Shown here: in pieces, positions 55,641-64,000 of the stretch
Numbering within the stretch: position 1 is the first letter of the stretch
How the letters are laid out: every line of letters begins with the position of its first letter
The notes under the pieces: model-generated
What the model was told of the DNA's origin: nothing
The model's database searches: none
Seen by the model: only the letters and a program-made list of their open reading frames with translations
Assembly: GCA_964016885.1 (NCBI GenBank)
Contig: OZ024760.1
Span: 6,386,001 to 6,450,000, forward strand
DNA length: 64,000 nucleotides
From: Eledone cirrhosa
Lineage: Eukaryota
Reading direction: 5' to 3'
Translations under genes and position numbers: made by a program

Positions 55641-55810
55641 GGGTGTCATATTAAGTTCTGGTATTTATACATTTAGGTAGTGGTGGTAAGGGAGGGGTGG
55701 TGGCTTGGGGGGGGGGGGGGGGGGGTAGGTTGGTATTTAGATACACAGGACCATAACATGGCACAGACCTTACTTACTGTGGTTATCCCCGACTCAACCC
55801 AGGACCTACG

Positions 55811-55841
<31 letters not shown>

Positions 55842-56011
55842 CCATAGAAAAGGTAATAGCAAGAAGAGTGCTCTATGTATAGTACAGAGTTAATTATATA
55901 TATATATATATGTAAGATCCTGATGTAAATTGGGAGGTGACCACTGTTAAAAAAGGTACTCAGTATGTTAGTAGTAGTAGAGTATAGGTATATTCATTAT
56001 ATTATAGAAAT

Positions 56012-56059
56012 GACTCCTACAGGACTAGAACTTTTTCATTTACAAGAAATCATCAGGTA

Positions 56060-56102
<43 letters not shown>

Positions 56103-56200
56103 GGCTCCTACAGGACTAGAACTGTTTCATTTGAAGGAAATCATCAGGGCTTTTCTGATTATTTCCTTCGAATGAAACAGTTCTAGTCCTGTAGAAGCCA
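56012..56200. ncRNA. Three further family E hammerhead copies (56012-56060 -, 56103-56150 -, 56148-56200 +)
   Basis: CTGATGA/CTGATTA...GAAACAG-TTCTAGTC-CTGTA; the last two form a palindrome. Confidence 0.68.
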
Positions 56201-56304
56201 TTTCTATATTAAATATTTATACTCTACTATGTATTGAGTACCTTACTTACTGTGGTTACCTCCAATTGAACCCGGGATACACACACACACATGCACACAC
56301 ACAC

Positions 56305-56361
<57 letters not shown>

Positions 56362-56609
56362 CACACACACATATATGCAGTTCTGTTTACATGCTAACAC
56401 AAGAGCAAGAATTCTGGGGTCATTCTACTGACATGGCTTCAAGAGGCTGTGTGCATCTGACAGTAATGTACTGGGTAATTGCTGGCCTTGTGCCTAAAGT
56501 AGAAACAATTATTAATATTCGAAAAACTCAGATTACATTTATTGTACTCAGCCATGTTGAGCGATGAACTATTTGTTAGTTTTATATATAAAGCCTAGCT
56601 AAGATAAAA

Positions 56610-57008
56610 GTGTCACGCAGTAATACAGAGTACCCGACCTCCCATGGGTACATGCTGAAGCATATAAACAATATGCCTCCACACCCCCCACCGCAAGGTG
56701 GTTTTGGAGGTGCCACGGCAAAAAAGCACCCAGCCCACACTGTAAAGTGGACGTGTAGGCGCCACAAAAAAGCACCCAGCCCACACTGTAAAGTGGACGT
56801 GTAGGCGCCACGAAAAAGCACCCAGCACTCACTGTAAATGAGGTTGGTGTTAGGAAGGGCATCCAGCTGTTGAAATCAAGCCAGATCAGTTCCTGTATGA
56901 GCAAGGCATGGTCAGCCGACCAGACACTGCACACAACAGGACAACCCGTCTAACCCATGCTAGTGTGGAAGAACGGACGTAAAACGGTGATGATGATGAT
57001 GATGATGA
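56610..57008 (+). mobile_element. Young RTE 3' end
   Basis: Reverse complement of the 37016/42320 tails. Confidence 0.88.
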
Positions 57009-57124
57009 AAAGAGGACAAAACTCTGATTCCATCAGGGAAATGGCCATGTTCGATATGTAGAAAAGGAGCTGGCATAGATTCTATAAAATGTTCTCAATG
57101 CAGATCTTGGGTACACAAGAGATG

Positions 57125-57320
57125 TCATCATCATCATCATCATCACTCGTCGACTACTGTCGAGATGATGGATCTCACTCTCATGCCCCAGCATCCCCTG
57201 TCCCCCATCGCTGCCCCCAGGTCCTGTCTGCTGATTCCCGTATCCCTAGAGATAACGTCAGGGAATGACAGCTTCCTACTCCCAGTCAGGCTGGAGTCAG
57301 GGTTCCAGAGCAAGAGAGCG
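57125..57320 (-). mobile_element. 3' end of a different RTE-group LINE
   Basis: LLLWNPD...SFPDVISRDTG...DLGAAMGDRGCW; (TGA)n tail. Confidence 0.7.
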
Positions 57321-57321
57321 G

Positions 57322-58088
57322 ATATGATTAGATGTAGTGGGATAGCAGGCAAACTAACAGGTAGGGAGAAATACGTATGCAGTAGATGTACAGGGAAATT
57401 AGACAGTAGAAGTCGTATTGATAGACACATTTTTCAAATTCAGGTAGGATCTATAGAAGTGGTTGATAGCTTCCGGTACCTAGGTGATCAGATTAGCATG
57501 AGAGGGGGGTGTTCTGAGGCCATAGTATTTAGAATAAGGACGGGTTAGAAGAAGTTTAGAGAGCTGCTTCCTCTGTTGACAAAGAAGGGTTTCTCCCTGC
57601 GTATGAAAGGCCAGTTATATGGTGCCTGTGTGAGATGCGCGATGCTGCATGGTAGGGAGACATGGGCAGCAACTGCAGAGGATATGTGACAGCTGGAGAG
57701 AAATGAAGCAAGCATGCTCCGTTGGATGTGTAATGTCAATGTGCGTGAACGACCAAGCATAGATGACTTGAGAGAGAAACTGTGTATAAGAGGGATAAAC
57801 TGCAGTGTGCGGGAGAGAAGGCTGAGATGGTATGGACATGTGATACGCATGGAGGATGACCGCTGGGTAAAGAAGTGCCAAGAAATCCCAGTAGAAGGAA
57901 GACGCAGTAGAGGAAGACCACGAAAAACATAGGCGGAGGTGGTGAGAGCTGACCTCAGATCGCTGAAGCTCACCAAGGAGATGATGAAGGACCGTGACAA
58001 GTGGAGAGATGCTGTGGTGAATAGGTCCCCCCCCCCCCCATCCTTGCAAGCAGGGAACAGCAGACATAAAATGATGATGATGATGATT
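57322..58088 (+). mobile_element. Second RTE lineage, 5'-truncated, with stop codons
   Basis: RCSGIAGKL..YVCSRC, FRYLGD, MLRWMC, RRLRWYGHV, GRPRKT; short 3' UTR and (GAT)n. Confidence 0.92.
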
Positions 58089-58129
58089 ATATATATATAT
58101 ATAGTGCATCAGTTTAGTACTAGAGTTTA

Positions 58130-58204
58130 TTCTTCTTCTCTATCACTCTTTCTCACACCCTCTCTATCATTCTATCACTCTCTCTCTCTCTACTTCTCTA
58201 TCAT

Positions 58205-58242
<38 letters not shown>

Positions 58243-58434
58243 ATCATTCTATCTCTCTCTCTCTCTCTCTACTTTATCATTCTATCTCTCTCTCTCTCTC
58301 TCTCTCTACTTTATCATTCTATCTCTCTCTCTCTCTACTTTATCATTCTATCTCTCTCTCTCTCTACTTTATCATTCTATCTCTCTCTCTCTCTACTTTA
58401 TCATTCTATCTCTCTCTCTCTCTCTACTTCTCTA

Positions 58435-58473
<39 letters not shown>

Positions 58474-58564
58474 CTCTATCATTCTATCTCTCTCTCTCTC
58501 TACTTCTCTATCATTCTCTCTCTCTCTCTCTCTCTCTACTTCTCTCTCTCTACTTCTCTATCAT

Positions 58565-58603
<39 letters not shown>

Positions 58604-58650
58604 CTCTATCATTCTATCTCTCTCTCTCTCTCTCTCTCTCTACTTCTCTA

Positions 58651-58686
<36 letters not shown>

Positions 58687-58822
58687 TCTCTACTTCTCTC
58701 TCTCTCTACTTCTCTATCATTCTATCACTCTCTCTCTCTACTTCTCTATCATTCTCTCTCTCTCTCTCTCTCTACTTCTCTATCATTCTCTCTCTCTCTC
58801 TCTCTCTCTACTTCTCTATCAT

Positions 58823-58855
<33 letters not shown>

Positions 58856-61800
58856 CTCTACTTCTCTATCATTCTCTCTCTCTCTCTCTCTCTCTCTCCT
58901 TACACTTCTCTACTATCAAGACAGGTTAAATTCTGTTTAATTCCATTTATTATCATTTGTGAGGTTCACTTGTGTTTATGTCGTGCGTAAACCTGTAAAA
59001 CCAGTGTACACTGGGGTTGACATCTGTTAGCTATTGCTTTCATTTTGAAAGTCTGAGATTGCATGTTGAGAATCTGTAAATATCGTTTATTTACATGTTT
59101 CTGTTGGTTTTTACTATTATCTTTATTGTTATTGTATGTGTGTGTGTGTGCTATCTGTTTATATGTGTGTGTGTGTGTGATATCTGTTTGTATGTGTGTG
59201 TATGTGTGTGATATCTGTTTATATGTGTGTGTGTGTGTGATATCTGTTTGTATGTGTGTGTATGTGAACTATCTGTGTGTCTATATGTGCTTTATGTGTC
59301 TATATGTGCTTTGTGTGTGTATGTGTGCTATCTGTTTATATGTGTGTGTGTGCTATCTGTTTATATGTGTGTGTGTGTGTGATATCTGTTTGTATGTGTG
59401 TGTATGTTAACTGTTTGTATGTGTGTGTATGTGAACTATCTGTGTGTCTATATGTGCTTTATGTGTCTATATGTGCTTTGTGTGTGTATGTGTGCTATCT
59501 ATGTATGTGTGCTATCTGTGTTTGTGTGTGTGTGTATGTGAGCTATCTGTGTGTCTATATGTACTGTGTGTGTGTGTGTATGTGATATCTATGTGTGTGT
59601 GTGCTATCTGTGTGTGTCATGCGTGTATGTGTGTTATTGTTATTATTAATATTATTATTGTTGTTGTTGTTGTTGTTTTAGTTTAGTTTATTCTGTGATG
59701 GCAAAGCATGCGACTGTGTGTTTAGCAGGATGTTAGATATTTGGCACGATGTTGGTAGGTAGTGTGAGGTGAGGTGAGAGTGAGAGAGAGGTGAGAGTGA
59801 GAGATAGATAGATAGAGGTGAGAGTGAGAGATAGATAGAGGTGAGAGTGAGAGATAGATAGGTAGAGGTGAGAGTGAGATAGAGAGGTAGAGGTGAGAGT
59901 GTGAGATAGAGAGAGGTGAGAGAGGTGAGAGTGAGAGATAGAGAGAGGTGAGAGTGAGAGATAGATAGATAGAGGTGAGAGTGAGATAGAGGTGAGAGTG
60001 TGAGATAGATAGATAGGTAGATAGAGGTGAGAGAGAGAGATAGATAGATAGAGGTGAGAGAGAGGTGCGAGTGAGATAGAGAGGTAGAGGTGAGAGTGAG
60101 AGATAGATAGATAGGTAGAGGTGAGAGAGAGAGAGATAGGTAGAGGTGATAGAGAGAGTGAGATAGATAGAGGTGAGAGTGAGAGATAGATAGATAGGTA
60201 GAGGTGAGAGTGAGAGTGAGAGATAGATAAATAGGGAGAGGTAAGAGTGAGAGATAGATAGAGAGGTAGAGGTGAGAGTGAGATAGAGAGGAGTGAGAGG
60301 GAGATAGATAGACAGAGGTGAGAGAGAGAGTGGTGAGTGAGATAGATAGTGAGAGATAGGTAGAGAGAGAGAGTGGTGAATGAGAGAGAGAGTGGTGAGT
60401 GAGAGATAGGTAGAGAGAGAGAGAGTGGTGAGTGAGAGATAGGTAGAGAGAGAGAGAGAGTGGTGAGTGAGAGATAGAAAGAGGGAGAGAGTGAACTCTT
60501 GAACAGGTTCCAGCTGGCATGGTGTTGTGTTGTTGTTGTTGTTGGTATGTGTGTGTGTGTTGTTGTTTGTATGTGTTATTGGTATGTGTGTTTGTGTTGT
60601 TGTTGGTATGTGTGTGTGTTGTTGTTTGTATGTGTTATTGGTATGTGTGTGTGTGTTGTTGTTGGTATGTGTGTATGTGTTGTTGTTGGTATGTGTGTGT
60701 GTTATTGGTATGTGTGTGTTGTTGTTGGTATGTGTGTGTGTTGTTGTTGGTATGTGTGTGTGTTGTTGTTTGGATGTGTGTGTGTTGTTGGTATGTGTGT
60801 GTGTTGGTATGTGTGTGTGTTGTTGGTATGTGTGTGTGTTGTTGGTATGTGTGTGTGTGTTGTTGTTGGTATGTGTGTGTGTTGTTGGTATGTGTGTGTT
60901 TGTATGTGTGTGTGTTGTTGGTATGTGTGTTGTTGTTGGTATGTGTGTGTTGTTGTTGGTATGTGTGTGTGTTGTTGTTGGTATGTGTGTGTGTTGTTGT
61001 TTGGATGTGTGTGTGTTGTTGGTATGTGTGTGTGTGTTGTTGTTGGTATGTGTGTGTGTTGTTGGTATGTGTGTGTGTTGTTGGTATGTGTGTGTTTGTA
61101 TGTGTGTGTGTTGTTGGTATGTGTGTGTGTTGTTGGTATGTGTGTGTGTGTTGTTGGTATGTGTGTGTGTTGTTGTTTGTATGTGTGTGTGTGTTGTTGG
61201 TATGTGTGTGTATTGTTGTTGGTATGTGTGTGTGTTGTTGTTTGTATGGGTGTGTGTTGCTGGTGTGTGTGTGTGTTGGTATGTGTGTGTGTTGTTGTTG
61301 TTGGTATGTGTGTGTGTTGTTGTTGGTATGTGTGTGTGTTGTTGTTGGTATGTGTGTGTGTTGTTGTTTGTATGGGTGTGTGTTGTTGGTGTGTGTGTGT
61401 GTTGGTATGTGTGTGTGTTGTTGTTGTTGGTATGTGTGTGTGTTGTTGTTGGTATGTGTGTGTGTTGTTGGTATGTGTGTTGTTGTTTGTATGTGTGTGT
61501 TGTTGGTATGTGTGTGTGTGTTGTTGTTTGTATGTGTGTGTGTTGTTTGTATGTGTGTGTGTGTTGTTGTTTGTATGTGTGTGTGTTGTTGTTGGTATGT
61601 GTGTGTGTGTTGTTGTTTGTATGTGTGTGTGTTGTTGGTATGTGTGTGTGTGTTGTTGTTTGTATGTGTGTGTGTTGTTGTTGGTATGTGTGTGTGTGTT
61701 GTTTGTATGTGTGTGTGTTGTTGGTATGTGTGTGTTGTTGTTGGAATATGTGTGTGTGTGTTGTTGTTGGTATGTGTGTGTGTGTTGTTGTTGGTATGTG

Positions 61801-62354
61801 TGTGTATGTGTTGTTGGTATGTGTGTGTGTGTTGTTGGTATGTGTGTGTTTTGATCTTGGTATGTGTGTATGTGTTGTTGTTGGTATGTGTGTGTGTTGT
61901 TGTTTGTATATGTGTGTGTGTTGTTGTTTGTGTGTATGTGTGTGTTGTTGGTATGTGTGTGTGTGCTATCTGTATGTCATGTATGTGTGTGTTGAGTATA
62001 ATAATGAAGGCAGCTTGATTTAACAGTTTTAAGATGGGGATATGGAATAAGAAGGGGTGCAGGTGGGGTGACGAAAAGAGATGAAATTTAAGGTAAAACA
62101 AAAATGAGTGTTCGGAGGGGGGCGGGGTGCAGAACGAAGAACCAACGATCAGAGCAATGAGGATGATGAAGATGTTAAGCTGCTATAAAATGACAAAACT
62201 ATAAAGAGACATTTGTTTACCCAAGGGGGGTTTTAATATGATGTAAAAGCTAATTTAATTCTCATTAATTTCCATAAATTTATCGTTGTTGTTGTTGTTG
62301 CTTTCTCAAAGATTATCTTTAGTGCAGTGAAATTAGACACTTCAAAATGGGTGC

Positions 62355-62386
<32 letters not shown>

Positions 62387-62454
62387 GATATATGTATATA
62401 TATATGTATGTATGTATATATATGTGTATATATCTATGTGTATATATCTATATG

Positions 62455-62485
<31 letters not shown>

Positions 62486-62494
62486 GTATATATG

Positions 62495-62529
<35 letters not shown>

Positions 62530-62675
62530 ATATATATGTATATATATATGTGTATATATATATGTGTATATATGTATGTATATATATATATATATATATA
62601 TGTATATGTGTATGTATATATATATATGTATGTATGTATATATATATATATGTATATGTGTATGTATATATATGT
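58130..62675. repeat. Successive CT-, GT-, GA-, GTT/GT- and TA-rich simple/complex repeats
   Basis: Direct reading; long ORFs are artefacts. Confidence 0.95.
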
Positions 62676-62677
62676 AT

Positions 62678-62950
62678 CATCATCATCATCATCATTTCAT
62701 TTTACGTCCGCTTTTTCCCTGCTTGCAAGGGTGGGACGGGAACTGATTCTGGCTTGATTTCTACAGCTGGATGCCCTTCCTAACACCAACCTCATTTACA
62801 GTGAGTGCTGGGTGCTTTTTTGCCGTGGCACCTCCACGACCACTTTGCAGTGGAATGATATGGACCCCAGTCCCTATCATCTCATTTCTACAGCTGAGCA
62901 AACTGGAGCAATGTGAAATAAAGTGTCTTGCTCAAGGAAACAACACATCA
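62678..62950 (-). mobile_element. 5'-truncated C1 SINE
   Basis: Homology to other C1 copies. Confidence 0.88.
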
Positions 62951-62980
62951 TATATATATATGTATCTGTATATATGTATG

Positions 62981-63073
<93 letters not shown>

Positions 63074-63106
63074 ATAAATGTATGTATGTATGTGTATATA
63101 TGTATG

Positions 63107-63151
<45 letters not shown>

Positions 63152-63194
63152 GTATGTATGTATATATATGTATGTATACACCTCTCAAAGTCAA

Positions 63195-63605
63195 ACCTTA
63201 CCCAACTACACCTCTCAAAGTCAATGACACACGACCGTGACTTCTGGCGTCACGCAGTAATACAGGGTACCCGACCTCCCATGGGTACATGCTGAAGCAT
63301 ATAAACAATATGCCCCCCCCCCCCCCCCACCGCAAGGTGGTCGTGGAGGTGCCACGGCAAAAAAGCACCCAGCCCACACTGTAAAGTGGACGTGTAGGCG
63401 CCACGAAAAAGCACCCAGCACTCACTGTAAATGAGGTTGGTGTTAGGAAGGGCATCCAGCTGTAGAAATCAAGCCAGATCAGTTCCTGTATGAGCAAGGC
63501 ATGGTCAGCCGACCAGACACTGCCCACAACAGGACAACCCGTCTAACCCATGCTAGCGTGGAAGAACGGACGTAAAACGGTGATGATGATGATGATGATG
63601 ATGAT
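63195..63605 (+). mobile_element. Young RTE 3' end
   Basis: [22 protein letters not shown] plus 3' UTR. Confidence 0.9.
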
Positions 63606-63672
63606 ATACGTATGTATGTGTATATATGTATATATATATGTATACGTATGTATGTGTACGTACGTATGTATG

Positions 63673-63708
<36 letters not shown>

Positions 63709-64000
63709 TATATTTACATATTTATATTTATATTTATATATATATCTATATCTTTTTTTAAATAAATTTTATATATTGTAGGTTATCTTAATGACTTTCA
63801 TGTTTAACTGAGAAGTTCCACATTACAACCCCCTCCTTTCAAACATCAACAACAGTACAATGATACACAAGACTGCTGCTTTCCCCCCTATACAATAGAA
63901 TATTTCAAGTGTTTTCAAATTACATTACAAACTTATGTTATTGATTTTGTTTGGGTTCATTGATCTACCTGATTGAATTAATTTGTCAATTGTCAATCGC

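Overview
Repeat-saturated eukaryotic DNA, most likely intronic sequence from a coleoid cephalopod (Octopus-like). That assignment is inferred from huge TA/TG/CAT/GGT/CT simple repeats, tRNA-derived CORE-SINEs and RTE LINEs with (GAT)n tails. Nearly all listed ORFs are microsatellite artefacts. Only one convincing host exon is seen (45585-45798, +, coiled coil with repeated ERD motifs). The rest is a mosaic of RTE, CR1 and CRE non-LTR fragments, several SINE families, non-autonomous Helitrons, piggyBac/hAT/TcMar MITEs, minisatellites (two expanded from a LINE 3' UTR) and a truncated U2 snRNA copy. The most striking hidden signal is a dense set of type I hammerhead ribozyme motifs (CUGANGA-stem II-GAAA-stem III-NUH). 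About a dozen intact-looking copies from at least six sequence-distinct families occur, one pair with clear compensatory base changes. They lie in short (TA)n-embedded, often fold-back or tandem elements that resemble Penelope-like (PLE) pseudo-LTRs or retrozymes. All calls were made by eye, and coordinates of degraded repeats are approximate.
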